Shown: positions 1 through 9,097, counted from the first letter of the stretch. The stretch is 32,000 bases of DNA from Candidatus Saccharimonadota bacterium (GCA_025349965.1 CP075337.1:450001-482000); one strand, 5' to 3'. Made by a program: numbers and translations. Notes: generated by a model not told the origin, from the letters alone.

Positions 1-738
1 CAGAACTTCCTTCGCTCACCCAAGTTGGTTGCGGAACTTCTTCGTAAATCTTCTATTAAATCTTCTGACACCGTGTATGATATCGGTGCAGGAAGCGGGG
101 TGATTACTTCTGTGCTCGCTCCTTGCGTCGCCGAAGTCGTTGCAATTGAAGTTGACCCAAAGACTGCCGACATACTGCGTCGTAACGTTGAAGAGATTCA
201 CAAATTTAAGAATGTCACCATCATCGAGAAAGATTTCTTATCATTACCACTCCCCAAGAACCCCTACAAGATTTTTTCAAATATTCCGTTTCACATTAGT
301 GCCAAAATAGTACGTCGCCTCTTTAATACTCCTTTCAGCCCAGAGGCGGCATATCTTATCGTCCAAAAACAATTTGGTCAAAAGCTCATCTCCTCAGATA
401 CAAAACGCTTTACAAGCCAGATTGGCATGCTCCTCGGTGCAGAATATGCTATCAAGATTATCAAAAATCTAAATAAAACAGACTTCACCCCCGCACCGGC
501 GGTGGATACGGTCTTTATTGAATTGAAAAAACGCCCCCAACCACTCGTTGAACGCTCCCGACTCCCTGCCTATGAAGCATTTACTGAACGCTGCTTCTCA
601 GACCCTCGCTTTCTCGCAAAACAACACCTTGAACTAATCGGTGCAACCCCAGGACTTTCGCCATCACGCCTGTCGCTCAGTCAATGGCTGCTTTTATTCA
701 ACGCGAGCGAACTGCCCGCCAGCCAACAGAATAGGTGA
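1..738 (+). CDS. Erm-like 23S rRNA adenine-N6 methyltransferase (Erm/KsgA family), 5' end cut by window edge
   Basis: Frame 1 is open from nt 1 (QNFLRSPKLV...), which is the conserved N-terminal QNF motif. It has a SAM-binding DIGAGSG. YKIFSNIPFHIS resembles the Erm YKIFGNIPY loop, FTPAPAVDTVFIELKKR resembles the ErmC FHPKPKVNSSLIRLNRK, and the tail LSQWLLLFN resembles the Erm FLSLFN. Confidence 0.75.
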   Translation, partial: QNFLRSPKLVAELLRKSSIKSSDTVYDIGAGSGVITSVLAPCVAEVVAIEVDPKTADILRRNVEEIHKFKNVTIIEKDFLSLPLPKNPYKIFSNIPFHISAKIVRRLFNTPFSPEAAYLIVQKQFGQKLISSDTKRFTSQIGMLLGAEYAIKIIKNLNKTDFTPAPAVDTVFIELKKRPQPLVERSRLPAYEAFTERCFSDPRFLAKQHLELIGATPGLSPSRLSLSQWLLLFNASELPASQQNR

Positions 739-767
739 AATAGCTAAAACCCTTTATACTAGAGGGC

Positions 768-2219
768 ATGGATGACATCTCGTTAACGACGTGGTTTATC
801 ACGATACTTATTTTTGGTATTGATTTACTTATTCGCATTTGGCTGGTGACCTACGTACCAAAGCGCCGCAAACCCACCGCTGCCATGGCGTGGCTCCTGC
901 TTATTTTCATTATTCCTATTTTCGGAACAGTCCTTTTCTTCATTATTGGAAATACAAAACTCTCCCGCAAACGTCGAGCAGAACAGGTGCAAATAACCGA
1001 TATGCTCCGCCACTATACAAAAGAGCTTAATAAAGCAGCCTTGACGCAAGAAATTGTATATCCGTATGATGCGACTGCAAATCTCGCCACAGAGCTCACT
1101 GGCCTTATGCCCACCAAGCACAATGCAGCGCATATCCTTACGGGGTACGATGAAATTATTGACGATATCATAGAGAAAATTAACGCTGCCACTCATTATA
1201 TCTACATTGAGTTTTACATTATTGCCCTCGATGCAACAACGGAGCCATTCTTCCAAGCATTAGAAGACGCCAAAAAACGCGGCGTCGCGGTATACGTACT
1301 CTTTGACACCTGGGGTTCTCACAAGTTCCCTCGCTACAAAGAAATGATGAAACGGCTAAGTGAAGTAACAACCGATTGGCGCAAGATTCTCCCCCTAGGA
1401 CTTTCTTTCAAGAAGTACAATCGCCCCGATCTCAGAAACCACCGCAAAATAGTTGTAGTTGATAATACCGCTGCATATATCGGGTCACTCAACATGATTG
1501 ACAAAACATATCACCGCAAAGATGACATTAGCTACATTGAACTTGCCGTGCGCCTCGAAGGCCCTTCGGTAAACAATGCCGCTGCGGTGTTCGCAAGCGA
1601 CTGGTATAGCGAAACAAATATCGCACTGACCAATTTTATGACGAATTCTACCATCGCTAAGTGCGGCGAGACGCCAATTCAAATCATCCCAAGTGGTCCG
1701 AGTTATCAGTATCAAAACAACCTTAAAACATTTGTATCACTTATCTATAGCGCCCGGCACTCTATTGTCATTACCAATCCCTATCTTGTACCGGACGAAT
1801 CGCTTCTGAGCGCCCTTATTTCAGCAGCAAAAAGAGGTGTAAAAGTCTCCGTGCTTAACTCTGAAGCAATGGACCAGTGGCTCGTGGGGCATGCGCAGCG
1901 CTCGTACTATAGCGAACTTCTTGAGGCTGGCGTTTCAATTTCGCTCTACAAGAAGCCGCAGCTTGTTCACGAAAAGTATATTTCGATAGACGACACTATT
2001 GGCGTGATTGGCTCGAGCAATCTTGATATTCGCTCGTTTGAACTTAACCTTGAGTGTGTTGTAGTCGCCTATGACGCCAATGTTGCAAAACAACTTACAG
2101 CGCGACACAATGAACTCCTGCAGCACAGCAAGAGCGTTTCACTTGCGGCATGGAAAAAGCGCAGTAACTGGCAGAACTTCCTTGATAGTATTGCGCGCCT
2201 TACTTCAGCGCTTCAGTAG
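768..2219 (+). CDS. cls: Cardiolipin synthase (phospholipase D superfamily)
   Basis: There are two N-terminal TM helices and two HKD motifs (HRKIVVVDNTAAYIGSLN and HEKYISIDDTIGVIGSSNLD). The 483 aa length is typical. Confidence 0.9.
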   Translation: MDDISLTTWFITILIFGIDLLIRIWLVTYVPKRRKPTAAMAWLLLIFIIPIFGTVLFFIIGNTKLSRKRRAEQVQITDMLRHYTKELNKAALTQEIVYPYDATANLATELTGLMPTKHNAAHILTGYDEIIDDIIEKINAATHYIYIEFYIIALDATTEPFFQALEDAKKRGVAVYVLFDTWGSHKFPRYKEMMKRLSEVTTDWRKILPLGLSFKKYNRPDLRNHRKIVVVDNTAAYIGSLNMIDKTYHRKDDISYIELAVRLEGPSVNNAAAVFASDWYSETNIALTNFMTNSTIAKCGETPIQIIPSGPSYQYQNNLKTFVSLIYSARHSIVITNPYLVPDESLLSALISAAKRGVKVSVLNSEAMDQWLVGHAQRSYYSELLEAGVSISLYKKPQLVHEKYISIDDTIGVIGSSNLDIRSFELNLECVVVAYDANVAKQLTARHNELLQHSKSVSLAAWKKRSNWQNFLDSIARLTSALQ

Positions 2220-2222
2220 GTG

Positions 2223-3614
2223 CTATTCTTTACTCCGGCGCCCTCGGCCAAAAATAAATAAACCTATAAACGCCCAGAAAAGCATTACTCCCGCACAAAT
2301 AGCAACGAAAGTGGGCAAGCCAAGTGTGATAATGAAGGGCATGGAAAGCGCCGTCACGAGCCCTCCGCCCATCAATGGCTCAAACATCAACTGCTTATAG
2401 CCAAAGCCCTCGACAGCATTAGTTTTATTCTTAGGGTCTACCATCTGCGCAAACAGCAACCCGGTTGCGGTCATACCCATTGCTTGGCCATAGCTAATGA
2501 TGGCATTCTGAAACCAGTAGCGCCTGAACATCCGCCGCGCCAAGAAGAAGAAAGCGAAGAGAATCCATACCACACCAGCCCCGTAGAGAAGCCCAAAGAC
2601 TGCTGCGTCTTTTACGAGGAATTCAAGCGACATCGTGCCAATTGCCGCCATAATAAGAAGTGTCAGAGTAAGCGTAGAGATAAGGTCAACTACCTCGCGA
2701 TTAATGGTGCCGCCAAGTTTACGCCAAATAAACTGCGCCGCCATACCACCAAACATTGCAAAGGTGAACAATGGAACGTACGCGAAGAATTTGTGCTCGC
2801 CGCCGCGGCCCCAGGTATTTGCCTCTACGAGGAGTAATCCCTGGTGAATGAGCCAGCCAATGAGCACGCCGAAAAGTAGCAGGGCAATATGAAGAAAGAG
2901 CGAACGAATCGTGACGACTTTCCTAAAACTCACCCCTTTACGCCGCACCTCGGCAACAATAGTGTGGTAATACACCTTATTACGAGCAACTCGAATCGGC
3001 CCACCCGTTTTAATGTGTCCGCGACGACGCGCCCAGTTAATCAAAATAACGCCAGTCACAAGCGCCGTTAAAAGACTCGCCGTTGCAAGTCCAGTTGCAA
3101 TTTGGCGGCCATCCTCAAAACCTAGGTCATTAAATACCGGCGTCATACCCGCCACTGTGCCGTGCCCACCCTCAAAACTAATTTCAAGAAGTGATGCGAC
3201 ATACGCAGGCATACCAAAAACAGGAATCAACACGAGGAGCGTTAATAGACCCGCGACAACGTACTGACCCCATGCAATAGTCTGACCAAAGGCAACCTGT
3301 GGCCCCGCCAACTTCCACATATCACGAATAGAGATGAGAGGCTTGCCGAGAAAGAGTCCTGCAAACACCAATGTAATCATGTATTTCGGAAGTACCTTCC
3401 ACATTTCATAGAATTCACTAGGAATTTGGAATTGAGGGAAATGAACACCAGCCACCTGGGGCCCAAAAATGAGGAGCAATATACCTGCCGCAAGGGAAGT
3501 TGGGATAAAGAGGCGGCGAATCAGTGGCAAACGAGCCAAGACATAGCCACCTATAACGGCGCCGAGAAGGAGCAGCCCAGCAATAATATATTGAGTAAGC
3601 ATAACTTCATTCAT
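2223..3614 (-). CDS. Sodium/glutamate symporter-like membrane transporter (GltS/ESS family-like)
   Basis: The protein is polytopic. EISFEGGHGTVAGM aligns by eye with the E. coli GltS SITLSGGHGTGAAW. I prefer the ATG at 3614 (MNEVML). The track start at 3671 is a TTG lying inside a TGTATAAG -10-like box. Confidence 0.6.
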   Translation of the reverse strand: MNEVMLTQYIIAGLLLLGAVIGGYVLARLPLIRRLFIPTSLAAGILLLIFGPQVAGVHFPQFQIPSEFYEMWKVLPKYMITLVFAGLFLGKPLISIRDMWKLAGPQVAFGQTIAWGQYVVAGLLTLLVLIPVFGMPAYVASLLEISFEGGHGTVAGMTPVFNDLGFEDGRQIATGLATASLLTALVTGVILINWARRRGHIKTGGPIRVARNKVYYHTIVAEVRRKGVSFRKVVTIRSLFLHIALLLFGVLIGWLIHQGLLLVEANTWGRGGEHKFFAYVPLFTFAMFGGMAAQFIWRKLGGTINREVVDLISTLTLTLLIMAAIGTMSLEFLVKDAAVFGLLYGAGVVWILFAFFFLARRMFRRYWFQNAIISYGQAMGMTATGLLFAQMVDPKNKTNAVEGFGYKQLMFEPLMGGGLVTALSMPFIITLGLPTFVAICAGVMLFWAFIGLFIFGRGRRSKE

Positions 3615-3699
3615 TGTATCACGAAAGGGGGAGATGAGTGATTGAGCTACGTCAGTTACAGACTTATACAAATCTTGTATAGATTATGTATGAAAATTG

Positions 3700-3735
3700 T
3701 ATAAAACGAAAACACCCCAAAAGAGGGGTGTTCGT
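3700..3735 (-). terminator. Rho-independent terminator after the DEAD-box helicase gene
   Basis: An 8-bp stem pairs AACACCCC (3711-3718) with GGGGTGTT (3725-3732) around a 6-nt loop. On the minus strand it is followed by TTCGTTTTAT. Confidence 0.7.
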
Positions 3736-3755
3736 TCAATTTCGCAACTTCAGTA

Positions 3756-5027
3756 CTACTTGTGCGGTGGCACAAAAGTAAGTGCCTTACCGGTCGCAGT
3801 TCCACGTCCAGTTCGGCCAATACGGTGCACGTAATCTTCGTAGGTTGCTGGCTGATCAAAGTTAATCACGTGGCTCACGTTTGGAATATCAAGTCCGCGT
3901 GCTGCAACATCAGTTGCAACAAGTACCTTCACGTGGTCGTTCTTAAACGCACGGAGGGCACGTTGACGCTGTGATTGTGACTTATTACCGTGAATTGCCG
4001 CAGAAGGGATACCGCTGTTATCAAGGTGGTCAGAAAGACGCTGTACGCCAAACTTTGTTTCACCAAAGAGGAGCACCTTTTCAAACTCATCCTTACCAAG
4101 CATATCTTGAAGCTTTTCAAGTTTTTCTTCTTTTGTTGCTGCAATAACAATGTCCTGATCAACGCGTTCGCTGGTGTCAGCTGTACGTACAGAAATAACT
4201 TCAGGGTTGTTAAGGAACTCGTCCATAAGCTTCTGAATTTGTGGTGTAATTGTAGCACTAAAGAAAAGCGTCTGACGCTCATTTGGCGTAAGGCCAATAA
4301 TCTCGCGGATATCGTTTACGAATCCCATATCAAGCATGCGGTCAGCTTCGTCAAGAACAACAGTGTTAATCTGTCCAAGGTTGAGCTTCTTGCGCTTAAT
4401 AAGATCCATAACGCGTCCAGGCGTACCAATCACAACGTGTGGACGGCGAACGAGCTGCTTCATCTGGCGGTCAATATTCGCACCACCAACAAGAAGTGTC
4501 GAGAAGAGCTTCATCCCGTAAGAGAAATCACGAAATTGTTCGTCAATCTGCTGCGCAAGCTCGCGAGTTGGCGCAAGAATAAGCACAGAAGTTGGCACAG
4601 GATTACTATAAAGATTGTTAAGAATTGGCAAAAGGAATGCCGCAGTCTTACCAGTACCAGTGTTTGCAAGACCAAGTACGTCACGTCCTTCAAGGGTAAA
4701 TGGAATCGACTGATCCTGAATTGCACTTGGTGTCGTGTACTTCTTATGCGCAATGTTCTTGTGAAGCGCTGGGTGGAAAGGGAAGTCCGCAAAGGTATGC
4801 TTTGGCTCGTATGGAGTCTCTTCTCCTGAAATAGTTGCCTTATTTACAAACTTGCTTGGGTGGATGTATGCTCCGCGGTGATTTGACTTGCCACGTCGTG
4901 ACCCGCCACCATTGCTTGGGCGACGCTTGTGGAAGGGACGATTTGTCTGGTTTGAACGCTGACCGCCTTGTCCTCCGCGTGTTCCACGTGAGTTACCGCC
5001 GCGTCCTGAGCCGTGTTGATATGCCAT
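3756..5027 (-). CDS. DEAD-box ATP-dependent RNA helicase with N-terminal Arg/Gly-rich tail
   Basis: Motifs present are the Q motif (PSAIQDQSIP), motif I ANTGTGKTAAF, DEAD, SAT and HRIGRTGRG. The ATG at 5027 is preceded by AAAGAGG. The longer track ORF to 5162 lacks an RBS. Confidence 0.9.
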   Translation of the reverse strand: MAYQHGSGRGGNSRGTRGGQGGQRSNQTNRPFHKRRPSNGGGSRRGKSNHRGAYIHPSKFVNKATISGEETPYEPKHTFADFPFHPALHKNIAHKKYTTPSAIQDQSIPFTLEGRDVLGLANTGTGKTAAFLLPILNNLYSNPVPTSVLILAPTRELAQQIDEQFRDFSYGMKLFSTLLVGGANIDRQMKQLVRRPHVVIGTPGRVMDLIKRKKLNLGQINTVVLDEADRMLDMGFVNDIREIIGLTPNERQTLFFSATITPQIQKLMDEFLNNPEVISVRTADTSERVDQDIVIAATKEEKLEKLQDMLGKDEFEKVLLFGETKFGVQRLSDHLDNSGIPSAAIHGNKSQSQRQRALRAFKNDHVKVLVATDVAARGLDIPNVSHVINFDQPATYEDYVHRIGRTGRGTATGKALTFVPPHK

Positions 5028-5231
5028 AGGTAATAAACCTCTTTCTTTTTTTGAATTTTGACGCTTTAGCGCTTCTTGGCTGCGGCCACTGTATGCTGAT
5101 ATACAAAACAGGGGTGCGTCGTGTCTATGTCGCGCTGCAGACGAACAGCGAGAACTTCCCATTACCCCACCAAATACACGTTGTATATGCTTTTAGCTGA
5201 AAGAAAGTATCCATTCGGATGCAATAGGTCT

Positions 5232-5240
5232 ATTATAGCA
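5232..5240 (-). promoter_or_regulatory. Extended -10 promoter (TGCTATAAT) for the DEAD-box helicase
   Basis: The reverse complement of ATTATAGCA is TGCTATAAT. This implies a 5' UTR of about 190-200 nt before the ATG at 5027. Confidence 0.5.
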
Positions 5241-5275
5241 CACTTTTTGGTTTTACGCTAGTACCTTGGGCGTAG

Positions 5276-5281
5276 TACAAT
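5276..5281 (+). promoter_or_regulatory. -10 box TACAAT for the glycosyltransferase gene
   Basis: The sequence is TAGTACAAT, 9 nt upstream of the ATG at 5291. The same TAGTACAAT occurs upstream of the ATG at 17301. Confidence 0.45.
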
Positions 5282-5290
5282 AGAGAAAGT

Positions 5291-6367
5291 ATGAAATTAT
5301 TCTTTGATGCTCGCTGGACGCGCACTGATTATCATGACGGTATTAGCCGATATACCAGCGGGCTTCTTGAGGGCTTTTCACAGAGTAACCTTCCCGTAAC
5401 GGCTATTATCTGTGATAAAAAGCAACTTAAACTTTTGCCAGCCGGAATTGAGTATATTCTTGTTAATCATCCAGTGTCTATTAAAGAGCCCTTCATTGCC
5501 AAAAAGCTAAACAAACTCGGCGCAGATGTTGTTTTCAGCCCACTACAGGTAATGGGCTTCTGGGGACGACGCTATAAACTCATCCTTACCCTTCAAGATG
5601 TAATCTATTATCGGCACCCGAAGCCACCAACGAATCTTCCGTGGTATGTTCGTACAGTTTGGCGGCTATTTCATATGGCGCACTGGCCGCAACGACTTCT
5701 TCTCAATAGGGCTGATTATGTCACCACGGTAAGCAAGACATCAAAAAAATATATTGAAGCAATGCACCTAACTGACCGAGAAATTGGTGTTATCTATAAT
5801 GCTACCAGTATGGCAATCAAGGGTGAGTCCCAGGTCAGCCCCGGGCAAAATACCAAGAACATCCTCTATATGGGTTCATTCATGCCCTACAAGAACGCCG
5901 AAACCCTCATTAAGGCGATGGAATTTCTTCCAGATGAGTTTACACTCCAACTTTTGAGCCGTATTTCACCACAGCGAAAAGCAGAACTTGAGACGTTGAT
6001 ACCTACGGGCAAACGGGTTGTTTTTAGAAACGGCACCTCAGAAGAAGAGTACGCATCGCTCCTTGCAACGGCGCACTGCCTTGCAACTGCCTCGAAGGAG
6101 GAGGGCTTCGGACTCCCCATTACAGAGGCGCAAACCTATCAAACAGCCGTTGTTTGCTCTGACATGGATATTTTCCATGAAGTTGCCGGAAATGGCGCGC
6201 TCTTTTGCGACCCTGATAATCCAAAGGCATTTGCTGATGCAATTACATCACTTACTGACCCCGCGGTACGAACTGACCTTATAGCAAAAGGTGTGGCTCA
6301 TACCGCACAGTTCACTTGGGCAAACTCAGCCAAGGAAATTTGGAAGCTAGCAGAAGCGATACGTTAG
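5291..6367 (+). CDS. Glycosyltransferase, GT4 (GT-B fold) family
   Basis: The C-terminal EEGFGLPITEAQ motif is typical of GT1/GT4 retaining glycosyltransferases. Length is 358 aa. Confidence 0.85.
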   Translation: MKLFFDARWTRTDYHDGISRYTSGLLEGFSQSNLPVTAIICDKKQLKLLPAGIEYILVNHPVSIKEPFIAKKLNKLGADVVFSPLQVMGFWGRRYKLILTLQDVIYYRHPKPPTNLPWYVRTVWRLFHMAHWPQRLLLNRADYVTTVSKTSKKYIEAMHLTDREIGVIYNATSMAIKGESQVSPGQNTKNILYMGSFMPYKNAETLIKAMEFLPDEFTLQLLSRISPQRKAELETLIPTGKRVVFRNGTSEEEYASLLATAHCLATASKEEGFGLPITEAQTYQTAVVCSDMDIFHEVAGNGALFCDPDNPKAFADAITSLTDPAVRTDLIAKGVAHTAQFTWANSAKEIWKLAEAIR

Positions 6368-7032
6368 CGTACTTTTTCGAGGGGCACCTTCATAGCCCAC
6401 GCGCATACATACTGTGCTACAAAAAAGAATGCAGTCGGCACTGCCAAGACGGCCGCTGCAAGCAGCGCCATATCAAGCGAGAGTACTTGCTCGCCAATAA
6501 ATTGAGACGCCCACGCAAGCCCAAGTGGCACAGCCACCATTAGTACCTTAAGAACAATAATAATACGTCCACTTATTTTCAATGTATTTTTCTTGGTTTC
6601 AGGAAGGTGTTGCGCCTTTAATACCAGCGGGGCTGCCTGCTTTGCAACCACCGTAGCGGCCTTACTTCCGGCACGAGATACGAGGCGAGGAAAAACAATC
6701 AAAGCGTAAATAGTGACGCCGATCATAGCCAGCGCAAAGAGTGCGAGAAGTACAGTGACAAACGGCGAAGGCGCTTCAAATGAAGGAACCGCTGGAGCAG
6801 GCGTAGGTGCTGGCGTATTTGGTGTTGCAGTAGGCTGCATTGGCACCAGAAAGTACGTGTATATCCAGACGAAGTAGAGCGCAAACGCCATCAGCCATTG
6901 AATGACCGCGAAGAAATAGCCCGTTGCACCAAAACCGCTCACGAACCGCTCACGTCGCGAGCGTGGTGGAGACTTTCTCGTATTGTTTCGCACGGTCCTC
7001 ATTACGGTTATAATACCACATTCTTTGTCCAT
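6364..7032 (-). CDS. Hypothetical membrane protein with a Pro/Thr/Ala-rich loop
   Basis: The ORF is long with about 4-5 hydrophobic helices. The ATG at 7032 is preceded by GAGCAGGA, and the track start at 7053 is a TTG. Its stop overlaps the GT4 stop by 4 nt (TTAG). Confidence 0.6.
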   Translation of the reverse strand: MDKECGIITVMRTVRNNTRKSPPRSRRERFVSGFGATGYFFAVIQWLMAFALYFVWIYTYFLVPMQPTATPNTPAPTPAPAVPSFEAPSPFVTVLLALFALAMIGVTIYALIVFPRLVSRAGSKAATVVAKQAAPLVLKAQHLPETKKNTLKISGRIIIVLKVLMVAVPLGLAWASQFIGEQVLSLDMALLAAAVLAVPTAFFFVAQYVCAWAMKVPLEKVR

Positions 7033-7078
7033 GCGATCCTGCTCAATAGTCAATATGTTTGCATTTTAAAAAAAATCT

Positions 7079-7086
7079 TGTATAAT
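7079..7086 (+). promoter_or_regulatory. -10 promoter (TG+TATAAT) upstream of the surface protein gene
   Basis: A perfect TATAAT at 7081-7086 is directly preceded by TG, in an AT-rich spacer. Confidence 0.45.
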
Positions 7087-7157
7087 AATACTGCACAACA
7101 GAATGAAGCTGATTTCACCTATTGTGTTGTTCATTTCAACTAAGGATTGGGGACCAA

Positions 7158-9083
7158 TTGCGCAAGCAGAATGGGGTACTCGCGATAGTTCTCGCGGGTA
7201 TGCTCGCAGTCGGCTATCCGACGGTTGCATTTGCCGATGATGGCAGTGCGCCGACGGAAGTCGCCACCGTGAATTCTGAAGAGAGTTCAAGTCTCGTCGA
7301 AGAGACCTCCGCGGCTACGGAAGCTCCGCAGCCGTCCACAGAAGCTCCCGCCGAGGAGCCGGTCAGCGAACCTCAGCCCGAGGTCGCCACTGAAGTACCG
7401 GCACCGCCAGCAGAGCCCGTCGTCGTGGACGAACCTGTCGCAGCTCCCGTGGTTTCTTCGGAACCCGCGGAAGAAGCGACTACGCCCGAAGTTGCACCGG
7501 AGGAGCCGTCCAGCCCACCGGTAGCAGCACCCACCGCAACGCAGATGAAGGCCTCCTCGCCGGCTCCGGCCGCAAAGAAGCCCGACACTGCCAAGAAGGT
7601 ATGGGTCTGTAAGTTCGTTGGCACCCCTGGTGTAAACGAGCGCCTCAAGAGCGGGAAGAATCCCATCTCGGTGTCGGTCAACTCGATTGGCCACAACACC
7701 TGGAATGGTTCCGTTCCCGGTTGGTTCTCCGACGCGCACGATCGCTCATTTGTGATCGCGTACGACACTGGTGGTTCAGGCCCCAGTGCGGCGGACTGTG
7801 AAGGCGTGATCGTCAAGAAGGACGCCTCGGCATCCGTCTCGGTCACGCCGGCCACGTGCGATGCTCCGGCAAAGCTCGTCTACGGCGAGGCTGTCAACGC
7901 TACGCTCAGCGGAACTCCGAACGGTACTGCCGGTCCGGGGAACTACAACGTGACGGCGACCAGTACCTCTGGCCACGTCTTCGCCGATGGAACCTCCAGT
8001 CAGCTGTTCTCCGGAACGCTGGATGGAAAGATTCCGACACAGAACACCAACCCGAATGGCCCGTGCTACGAGCCGCCCGTGTTGGTGAAGGACGCCTCGG
8101 CATCTGTCTCGGTTACCCCGGCCACGTGCGACGCTCCGGCGATGCTCGTGTACGGTGATGTTGCACATGCCTCATTCAGCGGTACCGCCAATGGCACCAC
8201 TGGTCCGGGAAGTTACGACGTCACGGCAACCAGTGATACGGGTCACGCCTTCAGTGATGGAGAATTGACCAAATCGTTCACTGGAACACTGGACGGCAAG
8301 CTCCCGTCGCAAAGTGAGAATCCGGAAGGTTCGTGCTACGAACCGCCCGCTCCCACGCTGGATGCTTCGGCGTCCGTTTCGGTGACACCCGCTACCTGCG
8401 ATGCTCCGGCAACGTTGGTCTACGGCGACATCGAGAATGCCACGTTCAGTGGAACCCCGGACGGTACTACCGGCCCGGGAGACTACAGCGTGGTGGCGAC
8501 GAGTGACGAGGGTCACCTCTTTGCAGATGAGTCATCCACCAAGTCGTTCTCCGGAACACTGGCGGATAAACTCCCCACGCAGAGTGAGGATCCCGAGGGT
8601 TCGTGCTACGAGCCCCCGGTGGTTCTGAAGGATGCCGAGGCTTCGGTCACGGTTACCTTGGCGACCTGTGATGTCCCGGCAAAACTCGTCTACGGCGAGG
8701 CTGTCAACGCTACGTTCGACGGCACCGCTGATGGCACGAACGGCCCTGGCGACTACACCGTGGTTGCTACGGCCAACGAGGGCCATCTCTTCGCCGACGA
8801 AAGTGCGACGCAGACGTTCTCCGGAACGTTGAGCGGCAAGCTTCCGCAGCAGAGCGTAGACCCGGCGAAGCCGTGCTTCAAGGCGCTGGTTCCGCCGTCG
8901 AACCCGCCCATTCCGGGTAACCCCATCCCGCCGACACCCCCGGCCACACCGGTGAGCACTCCTCATGGGCAGCTCGCCGTGACCGGTACCGGTTCAGCAG
9001 ATTACAGCCTGCTGATCGCGCTCGGCCTTGTGACACTCAGCGGGCTGGCCTTCAGCCTCCGTCGTCGCAACAAGGTGTCGTAG
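7158..9083 (+). CDS. Cell-wall-anchored (LAxTG sortase signal) surface protein with a Pro-rich stalk and four 90-aa tandem domains
   Basis: A TTG at 7158 follows AAGGATTGGGG and gives the signal peptide RKQNGVLAIVLAGMLAVGYPTVAFA/DD. The alternative ATG at 7122 gives a poor N-terminus. The C-terminus is LAVTG, then a hydrophobic helix, then RRRNKVS. Composition is GC-rich and GC3-rich, unlike the neighbouring genes. Confidence 0.85.
   Translation: MRKQNGVLAIVLAGMLAVGYPTVAFADDGSAPTEVATVNSEESSSLVEETSAATEAPQPSTEAPAEEPVSEPQPEVATEVPAPPAEPVVVDEPVAAPVVSSEPAEEATTPEVAPEEPSSPPVAAPTATQMKASSPAPAAKKPDTAKKVWVCKFVGTPGVNERLKSGKNPISVSVNSIGHNTWNGSVPGWFSDAHDRSFVIAYDTGGSGPSAADCEGVIVKKDASASVSVTPATCDAPAKLVYGEAVNATLSGTPNGTAGPGNYNVTATSTSGHVFADGTSSQLFSGTLDGKIPTQNTNPNGPCYEPPVLVKDASASVSVTPATCDAPAMLVYGDVAHASFSGTANGTTGPGSYDVTATSDTGHAFSDGELTKSFTGTLDGKLPSQSENPEGSCYEPPAPTLDASASVSVTPATCDAPATLVYGDIENATFSGTPDGTTGPGDYSVVATSDEGHLFADESSTKSFSGTLADKLPTQSEDPEGSCYEPPVVLKDAEASVTVTLATCDVPAKLVYGEAVNATFDGTADGTNGPGDYTVVATANEGHLFADESATQTFSGTLSGKLPQQSVDPAKPCFKALVPPSNPPIPGNPIPPTPPATPVSTPHGQLAVTGTGSADYSLLIALGLVTLSGLAFSLRRRNKVS
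7821..8900 (+). repeat. Four in-phase 270-bp (90-aa) tandem coding repeats
   Basis: Units start at 7821, 8091, 8361 and 8631 (GACGCCTCGG / GATGCTTCGG / GATGCCGAGG). Each encodes D-A-S/E-A-S-V-S/T-V-T-P/L-A-T-C-D-A/V-P-A...G-x-C-Y/F. Confidence 0.9.
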
Positions 9084-9097
9084 CAATACGGCATAAC

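Noticed and set aside
3615-3671. Longer track starts for several genes: 3671 (gltS-like), 5162 (helicase), 7053, 14584 (MMPL), 14843 (ArsR), 16088 (RelA/SpoT), 16265 (pilin), 21370 (dus), 22376 (pilin) and 24928 (atpD).
   Set aside because: These are TTG/GTG or unsupported codons. They overlap terminator stems, -10 boxes or the upstream gene. Downstream ATGs have an RBS or promoter context and give sensible N-termini.
3990-4829. A 279-aa plus-strand ORF antisense to the DEAD-box helicase, and a 218-aa minus-strand ORF (21403-22059) antisense to dus.
   Set aside because: The opposite strands carry unmistakable conserved enzymes. The antisense products are low-complexity with no motifs.
7287-8966. 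Antisense and alternative-frame ORFs over the surface protein gene, for example 7287-7739 (-), 7373-7855 (-), 7776-8168 (-), 8172-8516 (-) and 8532-8966 (-).
   Set aside because: High GC suppresses stop codons on all frames. The products are Arg/Gly-rich nonsense with no start context. The plus-strand frame has a signal peptide, domain repeats and a sorting signal.
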